Positions 33,547 through 43,684 are shown, counted from the stretch's first letter. The stretch: 64,000 nt of DNA from an uncultured Planctomycetota bacterium (GCA_963845755.1 CAWJTV010000042.1:32001-96000); one strand, 5' to 3'. Notes: generated by a model not told the origin, from the letters alone. Made by a program: numbers and translations.

Positions 33547-34596
33547 TCAAAGGATCAACATGGCGTCGCCGTAGCTGAAGAATCGGTAGCGGTTCTTGAC
33601 CGCGTCGGCGTACGCGGCCCGGATGAACTCGACTCCGGCCAGGGCGCTGACCAGCACGAGCAGACTGCTTCGTGGCAGGTGGAAGTTGGTGATCAGGGCG
33701 TCGAGGCCGTGGAAGGCATGTCCGGGTCGGATGAACAACTGCGTCTCGCCGTGGAACGGCTGCAAGATCCCCGATGAGGCGGCGGTTTCCAGCGTGCGAG
33801 CCGAGGTAGTGCCGACCGCCACGATCCGCCCCCCTTGTCGCCGGCGCGATTCGAGCTGCGCGACCGCCTCAGCCGGCAATTCGGCCCATTCGGAGTGCAT
33901 GACGTGGTCTTCCAGTCGATCGGCCTCGATCGGTCGGAATGTCCCCAGCCCCACGTGGAGCGTCAGGTCGACGCAGGCGACTCCCCGCTGGGCCAGTCGG
34001 TCGAGAACCTTGCTCGTGAAGTGAAGCCCGGCTGTCGGTGCGGCGGCTGAGCCGGCCCGGCGCGCATAGATGGTCTGATAAGCGAGCCGGTCTCCGGGCC
34101 CCTCGATGCCGCGACGGATATAAGGCGGTAATGGCGTCTGGCCGTGCTCTTCGAGCAACGCCAGGGTCGTCGGAGGACCTTGGCTGGAATCCTCAACCGG
34201 TCGCGGTCGGACAATCCAGCAGCCAGACTCCTCACGGGCCTCCAGCACCAGGCGAAGCCCCTGGCCGACGATCACATGCTCGCCGGGAACGGGCCGGCCT
34301 CGCGTCTTCGCCAGGATCTCCCAGGTGCCACCCGAGAGCTCCCGCAGGAACAGGCCCTCCCAGCGTCCGCCCGTCGCCTCGCGACGGCCGACCAGCCGCG
34401 CCGGCAGCACCCGCGTATCGTTCCGCACCAGGACATCGCGCGGGTCGAGCAACTCGGGGAGATCGGCGAAAACCCGGTGCTCCCAGGTCCCTCGCCGACT
34501 GTCGATCACCATCAACCGCGACTGGTCGCGCGGCTCGGCCGGATCCTGCGCTATCAGCTCCGTGGGCAGAACGAAGTCGAAGTCCGAGGCAAGCAC
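33547..34596 (-). CDS. queA: S-adenosylmethionine:tRNA ribosyltransferase-isomerase
   Basis: SDFDFVLPTELIAQDP; NDTRVLPARL; PLPPYIRR; GSAAAPTAGLHF; LHVGLGTFRP; AVGTTSARTLE; TNFHLPRSSLL; YRFFSYGDAMLI. Confidence 0.97.
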   Translation of the reverse strand: MLASDFDFVLPTELIAQDPAEPRDQSRLMVIDSRRGTWEHRVFADLPELLDPRDVLVRNDTRVLPARLVGRREATGGRWEGLFLRELSGGTWEILAKTRGRPVPGEHVIVGQGLRLVLEAREESGCWIVRPRPVEDSSQGPPTTLALLEEHGQTPLPPYIRRGIEGPGDRLAYQTIYARRAGSAAAPTAGLHFTSKVLDRLAQRGVACVDLTLHVGLGTFRPIEADRLEDHVMHSEWAELPAEAVAQLESRRRQGGRIVAVGTTSARTLETAASSGILQPFHGETQLFIRPGHAFHGLDALITNFHLPRSSLLVLVSALAGVEFIRAAYADAVKNRYRFFSYGDAMLIL

Positions 34597-34633
34597 GCCG
34601 GCCTCCCCGCGATTGGATCGACCACCGTCGAAC

Positions 34634-36266
34634 TCAAGCCCCCAGCCACTGCGGCACTGCACCCAGGGCCGGGAGCTTGATGACGCTGACGCTCAGGACG
34701 TCGGGATGTCCCTGCACGGCTTCCAGGGCCTTGGGCGAGGGTGCGGTGTCGAGATTGACGACGCCGATGGCCTCGCCCCCCTGCTCTTCGCGGCCGACGT
34801 TCATTTGGGCGATGTTGACGCCCTCGTCGCCGAGGGTTCGGCCGATGAAGCCAATCAGGCCGGGGCGGTCACGGTGGGTGAAAACCAGCAGGGTCCCGTC
34901 GATATGGGCGTCGAGCAAGTAGGAGCCAAGCCGGACCAGGCGGAGGAACTGCTTGCCGAAGAGGGTGCCGGACGCGAGATACGTCTTGCGCTCGGTGCAG
35001 ACCTCGGTCTGGATCAGCGTCGCGAAATCACCGGGTGCCTCGGCCGACTGCTCCTCGATGATGATGCCGCGTTCGCGGGCCAGGGCCATCGCGTTGACCA
35101 GGTTGACCTGCTCTTCCAGGGCGGACTCCATCAACCCGGCGGCGAAGGCTGCGGTGACTAGCTTGGTGTTCTTGTGCGCGACCTCGCCGCGACAGATGAC
35201 CCGGGCGTTCTTGAGCGTGCCCCGATCCATCTGGGCGTGGAGCATGCCCAGCCTCCACGCCAGGTTGAGGTAGAGCCGCAGATCATCGAGCTCGGCGCGG
35301 TCGAGGGTGGGCATATTAACGGCGAACCGCACCTGACCGCGCCGAGGAACTCGCTCAGGAGCCGCGCGGCCTCGACGGCTACGGAGACCTGAGCCTCCTC
35401 GGTCGAAGCGCCGAGGTGGGGTGTGACCAGGACCAGGGGGTGGCCGATCAGCGGATGGCCGGCCGGCGGCGGCTCCGGATCGAAGACGTCGATGGCCGCA
35501 CCAGCGACCTTGCCCGCGTTGAGCGCTTCGGCCAGGGCGGCCTCATCAATCAGGCCGCCTCGCGCACAGTTGATGATCCGCACCGAGGGCTTCATCCGGG
35601 CGATCTCCGCCGCGCCGATCAGGTTTCGCGTCTCGGCCGTCATCGGCGTATGGAGCGTGATGAAGTCGCATCGGCCCCAGATGTCGTCGAGCCGCGGGAC
35701 GCTTTCGATGCCCAGCTCCTGCACCGCTCGGCGGCGAGGAACGGATCGAAGCCCACGACCGTCATCCCGAACCCCTGAGCCCGCCGGGCCACCGCCAGCC
35801 CTACCCGGCCCAGACCGATCACGCCCAGCGACTTCCCTTCGAGTTGTGTGCCCGTGAATCGATTCCGATCCCATTTGCCGGATTTCAGGCTGTCGTTCGC
35901 CTTCGCCACGTTCCTGGCCAGGGCGAGCAATAGCGCCATGGTGTGCTCCGCCGTGGAGATCGTGTTCCCACCCGGCGTATTCATCACCACGATCCCCCGC
36001 CGGGTCGCCGCCGCCACGTCGATGTTGTCCACGCCCACTCCGGCGCGCACGATGGCCTTGAGCCGCGACTGTCCTTCCAGCACCTCGGCCGTCAATTGCG
36101 TTCCCGACCGGATCACGATCCCGTCGGCTTCCGCCAGCGCTCGCTTCGAGCGCGGCTGTGTCCTGCGCAACTTCGTGTCAACCACAACCTCGATACCCGG
36201 CTCGCTCCGCAGCCGCTCGAGCCCTTCGTCCGCCAGCTTGTCGGTCACCAAAACGCGATGCGCCAC
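34634..36266 (-). CDS. serA: D-3-phosphoglycerate dehydrogenase (with ASB/ACT domains); frameshifted near 35725 and 35340
   Basis: RAGVGVDNID; NTPGGNTISTAEHT; GVIGLGRVG; CDFITLHTP; INCARGGLIDE; TPHLGASTEEAQ; ACT motif HRDRPGLIGFIG..VNIAQM. Confidence 0.93.
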
Positions 36267-36325
36267 GATCTCGGACTCCTCCAACCAAAGTACAGATTTC
36301 CGATGACTTTGCCTCTGATCCGGGC

Positions 36326-37483
36326 TCATTCCTGGCCGACGGGGCTCCCCTGACCGATGAGCACCTGCTGCGCGGCAGTGACGGCGCGGCCGGGTTCGAC
36401 CTCGAGGCCGAGGTCGGCGAGGGTCATCTCCAGGGCGGCGAGGGTGGCGATGACGTCGAGCTCATCCGTGTAGCCCATGTGGCCGATCCGGACGATCTTG
36501 CCCTTGAGTTTATCCTGACCGCCGACGGCGGTGATGCCAAAACGCTCGACGAGGGCGTTGCGGATCTGGGTATCCTTGAGCCCATCGGGGACGATGAAAG
36601 CGGTGAGGCCCTCGGCGGGCCGGGTGCTGAAGAGCTCCAGGCCCAGCGCCTGGACTCCGGCCTGGCAGGCTTCGCTCATTCGCCGATGGCGTCTCCAGAC
36701 GTCTTCGATCCCCTCCTCCCGGATCCGCCGCAGGGCCGTGCGCAAGGCCAGGATCAGGGTGTGGGCCGGTGTATACGGCGTGTCGAACTCCTTCATCTTC
36801 TTGCGGGCCGCCTTCAAGTTGAAATAGTAGCTGGGCGAGTCGAAGGCGTCGATCTTCGTCCAAGCCTTGGAGCTGACCGCGACGAACGCCAGGCCCGGCG
36901 GGATCATCAGGGCTTTCTGCGAGCCGACGCAGAGCAGGTCGATGCCCCACTCGTCGGTCCGGCACTCCATGGCGCCGACGCCCGAGATGCCATCAACGGC
37001 GAACAGCGCCGGCGTCTCGGCGACGATCCGCCCGATCGCATCGACGGGGTGCCCGGTGCCGGTGGAGGTTTCGCTCAGGGTGCCCATAACGCACGCCGTG
37101 TCCGGGTGTTGCCGCAGCGCCTCGGCTACCCGATCGGGATCGACCGGCTGACCCCACTCGAAATCGAGCGAGACCACATCGACCCCGTATGCCTTGCAGA
37201 TGTTGCTCCACCGCGCCGAGAAGACGCCGGCGTTCAGGACGATCGCCTTGCCGCCCGATGGTACCGCGTTGACCACGGCGGCTTCCATTGCGCCGGTGCC
37301 CGAAGCCGTGAGGATCAGCACGTCGTTTTTCGTCTGGAAGACCTCCTTCAACCCGGCTGCCACCTCCGTGATCACTTGCTTCGCCTCGTTTGAGCGGTGG
37401 TGGATCACCGGCCGGGCCAGCTCCAGGAGTACATCCTCGGGGACCATCGCGGGACCAGGGGTCATCAATCGCGGCTTGCGCAT
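36326..37483 (-). CDS. Class V PLP aminotransferase (serine-pyruvate/alanine-glyoxylate family; probable phosphoserine aminotransferase role)
   Basis: LMTPGP; HHRS; ASGTGAMEAA; ETSTG; VDGIS; GSQKALMIPPGL (PLP Lys); RIGHMG; directly upstream of serA. Confidence 0.92.
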   Translation of the reverse strand: MRKPRLMTPGPAMVPEDVLLELARPVIHHRSNEAKQVITEVAAGLKEVFQTKNDVLILTASGTGAMEAAVVNAVPSGGKAIVLNAGVFSARWSNICKAYGVDVVSLDFEWGQPVDPDRVAEALRQHPDTACVMGTLSETSTGTGHPVDAIGRIVAETPALFAVDGISGVGAMECRTDEWGIDLLCVGSQKALMIPPGLAFVAVSSKAWTKIDAFDSPSYYFNLKAARKKMKEFDTPYTPAHTLILALRTALRRIREEGIEDVWRRHRRMSEACQAGVQALGLELFSTRPAEGLTAFIVPDGLKDTQIRNALVERFGITAVGGQDKLKGKIVRIGHMGYTDELDVIATLAALEMTLADLGLEVEPGRAVTAAQQVLIGQGSPVGQE

Positions 37484-37650
37484 TCTCGGCTTCCTTCAAA
37501 AGGTCTCTTGATGCCAATCTCAATCGGAGTCGTCATCCGACTCTCACAGATTAGGGCGAGTGCTCCGACCATTGCGATGTTTTGGAGGAACAGAGTCATC
37601 GTGACAATGGGTGCCGGCCGATCGAAGTGCGTTGCGTCATAGCTCGACAT
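37465..37650 (-). pseudogene. Probable truncated remnant of a retropepsin-like aspartic protease gene
   Basis: The start MSSYDATHFDRPAPIVTMTL resembles the YD..FDPPAP N-terminus of small bacterial retropepsins, but no D(T/S)GA catalytic motif follows. The start overlaps the end of the upstream small ORF. Confidence 0.4.
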
Positions 37651-37855
37651 CAGGCGGTAGCTCGTAAACCTCCTTGACGAAGAATCCAGCGGCTTGTTCG
37701 CGGTGAGCCAGTCGCGGGCTATAAATGTGCGATATCCGTGCACTTTGGATGGCGGGGATCACCTCGTAAGCCTTAATGTGCTCCGGCAGCGTCACCTCGT
37801 CAGGGAGCCGAGTCTGACCATTTTCCACGATGCCTTCGAGGATTAGGTCAGCCAT
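37637..37855 (-). CDS. Small hypothetical protein (DUF104/AbrB-like antitoxin-type N-terminus)
   Basis: LEGIVENGQTRLPDEVTLPE..SPRLAH.EQAA.F.KEV; GGAGGT RBS upstream. Confidence 0.6.
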   Translation of the reverse strand: MADLILEGIVENGQTRLPDEVTLPEHIKAYEVIPAIQSARISHIYSPRLAHREQAAGFFVKEVYELPPDVEL

Positions 37856-38157
37856 CTTGCACCTCCGAAATCACTCTAGCTCAAGGTTCTAGTTTAGTCT
37901 CCGGAGCGAGATCTCGCGAGGCCGGTTCGCTTGCCCGACGGTTCGTTGGCCAGTCAACACCACGCATGCCGTCATTTCCCGCCCGAACGAGATCCTGCGC
38001 GGATTCCTGATCGCGAATCGATTACCCCTCATGCGGGAGATGGTGGGCGTCGCTTTCGGCGCCCTGAGGGTTTACGGGCGACACTTTCGAGAAGCAACAG
38101 AGGCGGCGGGTCAACCCGGGCGTGCAAGACCTAGGACGGGTTGGTCAGATAGAATGT

Positions 38158-40065
38158 TCAGAGATCCGGCACCCACGAAAACACCAGGTCCAGCTTCCCG
38201 GTCGAGACCGGCGCCGTCACGCGATGTTGGGCCGTATCGCCAGGCCGGTGTTGAGAGAGGAAGTCCGGGATGGCCCGCAAGCATGCCTCCAGGAGCACGA
38301 TCTCCCAGGACAACGGCGGTCGCAGCACCATCCCACGCTCCTTGCGGCCGGCCACGGGATAGGCCTCCGGGTTAGCGACTTCCCAACCATGCCGCCGGGC
38401 CTCGTCGAGATGCTTGGGATGGATGTCCACCTCCATGTCGTAGGTCACCACCAAGGCGACCGACCGGCGCGCTGTCTCTTCGTCGGCGGACCGGTTCGCC
38501 CAGAGAGTTCGGAGCAGGCCGAGGTCCTCGTAGAGCGCCAACCCCAACGTCAGGCCCGACTGCCCCATGACGACCGCATACCACGGCCCGCTCTGGAATC
38601 GCCCGCACTCGACCTTGATCGCCCGCTCGTAACCCAAAGACCGCCAAGGGGCGCGCCGGTAGAAGGCGGCGGCCGCGTCGAAGAACCCGGCGACGATCTT
38701 GGGTGTGACTCTGGGGATGTCGAGCAATCCGGGCGGCTCGCTTCCGAGATAACGACGCAGGTCTTCGAAGAGATTATCGAAGAATTCCAGCGTCTCGCAC
38801 GCTCGAAATTCGATATCGAGCGGCTCCAGATGCGGCTCCAGTTCGTCCCAGCGCACGTCGGGCTGGACCTCGATTCGAGTCGGTCTCCGCGGCTGGTTAT
38901 CGCCAGGACGCTGCATAGCCCCGGCCAACAGATCCCAGAGCACGTCGGAAGTTGGCTTCTCGGACCAGACCTGAGTGGCCAGGAGCCGGTCGCACTCTCG
39001 GCTGGCCACGATGCCCACCCAGGGGACCACCCGTTCGCATTCCACCTTCATCCAGGTGAGGAGCTGCCGGAAGCCGGCCTGCCAGATGTCGTAGGCCTGG
39101 GGCAACTGCTCCAACACATTGCGGTCTGCGGCCGAAGGTGCCATCCCTTGCTCCTTACCAGTCGTCCGATCCTTCGATGTCCGGAAGACCTCCCGGACCC
39201 AGGTGATCGCGCCAGGCGTGGATCGCCAGGCGGTCAATCCACCCTGGACGTAGCAGAGCGCCTCGTTCCGATCCCCCAGCCCATAGTGGTCCGGCCTTTC
39301 GTGCGGGATCGGCTCCTCATACAGCAAGAATCCCGGTACGAACGCGTTCCGCTTGTGGGCCATCATGAGGAGTTGGCGGGCCTCGGGCGTGTCACCCTGT
39401 TTGCGGAACGCGAGAAGCGCCTTGCTGTAAACCCAGGTCGCCATGGCGTCGTCGTACTGATCGAGCAACCGGGCGGCTTCCTCGTCCCGGTTCAGAGTCA
39501 GGAGGAACGACGCGAGCGTATAGCGGACTCCCTGATTATCATTGGGATTGAGCCGGAGCATCTCCTGGAGATGTTCGACCGCTTCCTCGGCTCGCCCCAT
39601 CGACCAGAGCTCGCAGCCCAGCCCCTCGCGAGCGCGCATGTAAGGGCGAGTCGCCAGGATTCCCCAGAAGTGTCCGGCATGCTCCTGGAAGAACTCCGGT
39701 CCGAGGGCACGCTGGCCGGCAACGACGCCCTTCTCGAAGGATTCGAGCGCGTCCTTGCGGCTCTGGGCGTGCTCGGCGAGCAGGACGTAGGCGTCGGCGC
39801 AATCGGGTGAGATCTCGAGCGCCCGATTCGCCAGCTTCACTCGCACCGCTGGGTCGCGTTCGCCGAATGCCTCGTACATGACGTCCTGGGCTCGATCAAG
39901 CGGAGTCTCGAGGCCGTCGTCACCCGCGAGTTGGCGTGAGAGGTCCCTCAAGCCGCGCTCGAGCACCCGGCGATCGGGAATCGGCATCGGCAAGTCCGAC
40001 ATCGGCCGGGACGGGCTGGCAGGCTTCCGGGGTTTCTTGCGCGGATGGGGTCGTTTCTTCGGCAT
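38158..40065 (-). CDS. Hypothetical multidomain protein: TPR (ST7-like) N-domain plus DUF6930/DUF7309-like domains
   Basis: ALEISPDCADAYVLLAE; FWGILATRPYMRAR; LRLNPNDNQGVRY; C-terminal FYRRAPW..YAVVMGQSG..GLALYE. Confidence 0.7.
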   Translation of the reverse strand: MPKKRPHPRKKPRKPASPSRPMSDLPMPIPDRRVLERGLRDLSRQLAGDDGLETPLDRAQDVMYEAFGERDPAVRVKLANRALEISPDCADAYVLLAEHAQSRKDALESFEKGVVAGQRALGPEFFQEHAGHFWGILATRPYMRAREGLGCELWSMGRAEEAVEHLQEMLRLNPNDNQGVRYTLASFLLTLNRDEEAARLLDQYDDAMATWVYSKALLAFRKQGDTPEARQLLMMAHKRNAFVPGFLLYEEPIPHERPDHYGLGDRNEALCYVQGGLTAWRSTPGAITWVREVFRTSKDRTTGKEQGMAPSAADRNVLEQLPQAYDIWQAGFRQLLTWMKVECERVVPWVGIVASRECDRLLATQVWSEKPTSDVLWDLLAGAMQRPGDNQPRRPTRIEVQPDVRWDELEPHLEPLDIEFRACETLEFFDNLFEDLRRYLGSEPPGLLDIPRVTPKIVAGFFDAAAAFYRRAPWRSLGYERAIKVECGRFQSGPWYAVVMGQSGLTLGLALYEDLGLLRTLWANRSADEETARRSVALVVTYDMEVDIHPKHLDEARRHGWEVANPEAYPVAGRKERGMVLRPPLSWEIVLLEACLRAIPDFLSQHRPGDTAQHRVTAPVSTGKLDLVFSWVPDL

Positions 40066-40636
40066 GGGAGTGGCCCGTGTGGGGACAGGGGTCTGCAGGT
40101 TACATTGTCGCATTCCTCGCATCCCCCGGCAAACCCGCGTGGCATCGAGCCGCGAAAAACCCCCGCAGGTGCTTCGCTCGATCCGAGCGACGCGCGCAGG
40201 GATGCCGGCCATGATCATGCCGTGGGAGGCAACGAGCCAGGAGGCATTCGCCCAGATGTCCGGCATGGCAGCAACATGATGCGCCGCCTCGAGCGACGAC
40301 GTCGTGACCGATGCACAACGAGTGCGGTAGCGGAATCCGGTCGGCCTCCTCGGGTCGCCGGGTCGAGCCCGAAGGGCGAAGTCCCCGGCGACGGTGCTGC
40401 GGCGATGGGTTGTTTTCCGGCCCCGAATCGATCACGATGATCGCCACGCTGACAGTTGTCGTTGGCGCGAGAGCGTAATGATGAAAAGCGCGGGTTGGCT
40501 CTCCCTTGAGATCCTCATCGCGTACGGCTGCGTTGTGGTCGCGCCGCTTCTGCGACACCGGCTGACTTCTCATCAACCCACCCTATTCCCGGCCCGCCCC
40601 GGGCATGAGACAGCTCTGTGCCTGCCACGGCAACCC

Positions 40637-40679
40637 TTGACGTGGGCCAGCCGTTTTGTATTATTGTCTTAATACAAAA
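40637..40679 (+). promoter_or_regulatory. Sigma-70-like promoter overlapped by a YtrA-subfamily GntR operator palindrome
   Basis: -35 TTGACG (40637-40642) and -10-like TATTAT (40659-40664). Perfect inverted repeat TTTTGTATTA-N6-TAATACAAAA (40654-40679), about 40 bp upstream of the GntR start. Confidence 0.8.
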
Positions 40680-40718
40680 GACGAAGGCGCAAGACGTGTC
40701 TTTCCAGCGGGCGGGGGC

Positions 40719-41123
40719 ATGCAGATCCACATCTCGCTTCAAGACGGGGTGCCGATTTACCTCCAGATCGTCAACCAGGTGAAATACCTGGTGGCGTCGG
40801 GTCGGCTGGCGCCCGGCGAGGAACTGCCGCCCATCCGGGTCTTGGCGGAGCAGCTCGTGATCAACCCGAACACCGTGGCTCGGGCGTATCGGGAGCTGGA
40901 GGGAGCCGGCGTGGTCTGCAAGCGGAGGACAGCCGGCACGTACGTGTCGGATGCCGGCTCACCGCTGGCGCGCCGGGAGCGGCTGAAGGTCCTGACCCAG
41001 CGGATCGACGCCTTGCTGGCCGAGGCCAGGCAGATGGGAGTGGACACCGACAAGGTCGTTGCCTTGATCCGTCAGCGGGATGAGCTGATGCAAGCCAAGG
41101 CTGAAGAGGAGACGACTCCATGA
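40719..41123 (+). CDS. GntR family transcriptional regulator, YtrA subfamily
   Basis: PIYLQIVNQVK..LAPGEELPPIRVLAEQLVINPNTVARAYRELE; short C-terminal domain; precedes an ABC ATPase. Confidence 0.93.
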   Translation: MQIHISLQDGVPIYLQIVNQVKYLVASGRLAPGEELPPIRVLAEQLVINPNTVARAYRELEGAGVVCKRRTAGTYVSDAGSPLARRERLKVLTQRIDALLAEARQMGVDTDKVVALIRQRDELMQAKAEEETTP

Positions 41124-42058
41124 CCGGCAATGGCGTTGGTGAAATGGCTCGGGAGCCCGATTCGATGATTGTCATCGAGGGGGTGACGAGGCGGTTCGGC
41201 GCGAAGGTGGCGCTGGACGACGTGTGCCTGACGGTGCCCAGGGGGGTCGTCCTGGGCCTCGTGGGTGAGAACGGGGCGGGCAAGACGACCCTGATCCGCC
41301 ACGTCTTGGGGTTGCTCAAGGCGGTGAGGGGCTCGGTGCGAGTCTTCGGGCTCGACCCGGTCGCGCACCCGGTCGAAGTCCTGGGGAGAATTGGCTACCT
41401 GTCGGAGGACCGGGATCTGCCCGGCTGGATGCGGGTCGGCGAGCTGTTGCGCTACACCCGGGCCTTCTACCCGAGCTGGGACGACGCTTTCGCCGAGGAA
41501 TTGCGGCGGTCGTTCCAGCTCGACCCCGCCGCGCGGCTCAAGGATCTTTCGCAAGGGCAGCGGGCGCGGGCGGGGCTGCTGGTGGCCCTCGCGTATCGGC
41601 CCGACCTGCTGGTGCTCGACGAGCCGTCGACCGGGCTGGACCCGGTAGTGAGGCGCGACATCCTGGGTGCGATCATCCGGACGATCGCCGACGAGGGGAG
41701 GACGGTCCTGTTCTCGTCGCACCTGCTCGAGGAGGTGGAACGCGTCTCGGACCGGGTGGCGATGCTGGACCAGGGGAAGGTGGTCCTGTCGGGCCCTCTC
41801 GACGAGATCAAAGAGGAGCACCGCCGGCTCACGCTCCGTTTCGACGAGCCGCAGGCCCGCCCGCCGGTGTTCGGCGGGTCACCGGCCCTGGTGGGCGCGG
41901 GGCGAGACTGGACGGCGGTCTGCCGGGGCCCGCTCGACCAGATCGAGGGGGAAGCCGGCGCGCTCGGGGCCCGGATCGTGGCGGAAGGCGTGCCGACGCT
42001 CGACGAGATCTTCGTGGCTCGCGTGGGCGCCCGTCGCCTCGAGCCGGTGGAGGCCTGA
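41120..42058 (+). CDS. ABC transporter ATP-binding protein (YtrB-like)
   Basis: Walker A GENGAGKT; signature LSQGQ; Walker B LLVLDEP; SSH switch. Confidence 0.95.
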   Translation: MTGNGVGEMAREPDSMIVIEGVTRRFGAKVALDDVCLTVPRGVVLGLVGENGAGKTTLIRHVLGLLKAVRGSVRVFGLDPVAHPVEVLGRIGYLSEDRDLPGWMRVGELLRYTRAFYPSWDDAFAEELRRSFQLDPAARLKDLSQGQRARAGLLVALAYRPDLLVLDEPSTGLDPVVRRDILGAIIRTIADEGRTVLFSSHLLEEVERVSDRVAMLDQGKVVLSGPLDEIKEEHRRLTLRFDEPQARPPVFGGSPALVGAGRDWTAVCRGPLDQIEGEAGALGARIVAEGVPTLDEIFVARVGARRLEPVEA

Positions 42059-42061
42059 CTC

Positions 42062-43684
42062 ATGAGCATGCAATCCCATGCCTGGGCGATCGGATGGTCG
42101 ATCTGGGCGAAGAATCGCGGGCTGTTCCTGGCGATGGCGGCCTACCTGCTCGTTTCATCGATCGCCGTCCGGATGCTGCCGGTGCGCGAGTACCCGGTCG
42201 TCGCCAGGCTGTGGGTCATGCCGGCCGTGGTCCTGCTCACGGCGCTCGTGGGGGCTTTCACGATGCCCGAGACCGGCCCGAAGTCGAAGCCTCGGCACGA
42301 GGGCTTTCCGACACGACTGTTCACGCTGCCGGTTCCGACGGCCGCCCTGGTTGGCTGGCCGATGCTCCTTGGCATTGCGACCGTCGTCCTGACGTGGTTC
42401 GCCCTGGTGCGGCTCGTACTGCGCCCGTGCGGGATCGACCTGCCGCTCCTCTTACCGGCCTTGGCCCTGGCCACGACGTTGGCGTTCTTTCAAGCGATCG
42501 CCTGGGCACCGTTCGGCCACATGCTGATCCGTGCGCCGGTGGTGATCGTGCTGGCGCCCGCCATGGTCGTGGCGCCGATCTGGGCGGTCGAGTCGCGTGG
42601 GTTCAGGCCGGTCCTGTACTGGATGGTCTTGCCCTGCTACCTCGCGGCGGCGTATGCCGTGGCGGTGGCCGGCGTGGCCCGCGACCGACGGGGCGACCTC
42701 AATGCGAAACTGACGAAGGTGATCGATTGGCTGGCGGACCGGGCTCGTGGGCGAGGCCGGCCGTTCGGTTCCGCCGACCGGGCGCAGCTCTGGTTTGAGT
42801 GGCGGGGTTCCGGATATGTCTACCCGTGCTTCGCCACCCTGTTGCTGCTGACCACCTTGATCGTCGCGACGTGCGTGGGAAACCCCGATGTGGCCGTGGC
42901 CGGCTTTATCCTGGCGGTGATCGTCTTCTTCATGGGCTTCCTGGCCGCGTTGATCGGGGGGGGCTTCGCCAAGACACACTTCCAGGCTCGCGAGGCCGGG
43001 CTCTCGCCGTTCACGCTGGTGCGGCCGATGAGTAGCGGCGGGCTGGTCGCCGCGAAGCTCAAGACGGCGGCACTCAGTGGGCTCGCGGGCTGGGTGGTGG
43101 TCGCCCTGGTCGTGCCCCCCTTTTTTGCCCTGATGGGCTATGCCGGTCCCCTGGCGACGCTCTGGGGCTGGCTCTTGCCGGATCGGTCGATGCTGAAGTT
43201 GCTGGTCATCGTCCCTCTTGGGGTCGCCGCGCTGCTGGTGTGGACCTGGAGAGGGCTGGTCGGCGGCCTGACGGTCGGCCTGACGGGCCGGACCTGGATC
43301 GGTGTCGTGAACTTCGTTGTCCTCTACGTCGCGATCTGGGGAGCGATGTTGCTGGGCCGTTGGCTCCAGATGCATCCCGAGGCGCATCGACCATTCTTGC
43401 GGGCCTTGCCCTGGTTGCTGGGACTGGCGGTGACGATCAAAGGCTGCGCGGCCTGTTGGACCTTGCGAGCGGCGAGCCGGCGCGGGCACATTTCGACCCG
43501 GACCCTGCGAGGCGGGCTGGTGTTCTGGCTCGCGACGGCCATCGGACTTTTCGTGCTGCTCTGGACCCTCTTGCCCGCGGCGATCCGGTCGGTCGCACTG
43601 GTCCTGCCAGGAGTGTTCCTGGCGCTCCCTCTGGTGAGACTGGCCGCCGCGCCGCTGGCGCTGGACCTGCAGCGGCATCGCTGA
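42062..43684 (+). CDS. ABC-2 type permease (two-repeat polytopic membrane protein)
   Basis: About 12 hydrophobic segments; LFTLPV / RPMSS..LVAAKL repeats; operonic with the ATPase. Confidence 0.8.
   Translation: MSMQSHAWAIGWSIWAKNRGLFLAMAAYLLVSSIAVRMLPVREYPVVARLWVMPAVVLLTALVGAFTMPETGPKSKPRHEGFPTRLFTLPVPTAALVGWPMLLGIATVVLTWFALVRLVLRPCGIDLPLLLPALALATTLAFFQAIAWAPFGHMLIRAPVVIVLAPAMVVAPIWAVESRGFRPVLYWMVLPCYLAAAYAVAVAGVARDRRGDLNAKLTKVIDWLADRARGRGRPFGSADRAQLWFEWRGSGYVYPCFATLLLLTTLIVATCVGNPDVAVAGFILAVIVFFMGFLAALIGGGFAKTHFQAREAGLSPFTLVRPMSSGGLVAAKLKTAALSGLAGWVVVALVVPPFFALMGYAGPLATLWGWLLPDRSMLKLLVIVPLGVAALLVWTWRGLVGGLTVGLTGRTWIGVVNFVVLYVAIWGAMLLGRWLQMHPEAHRPFLRALPWLLGLAVTIKGCAACWTLRAASRRGHISTRTLRGGLVFWLATAIGLFVLLWTLLPAAIRSVALVLPGVFLALPLVRLAAAPLALDLQRHR

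Noticed and set aside
29900..36266. Programmed frameshifting or an alternative genetic code to explain split genes
   Set aside because: The breaks are frame changes at inconsistent contexts rather than in-frame stops or shared slippery sites, and many genes end normally at TGA/TAA/TAG.
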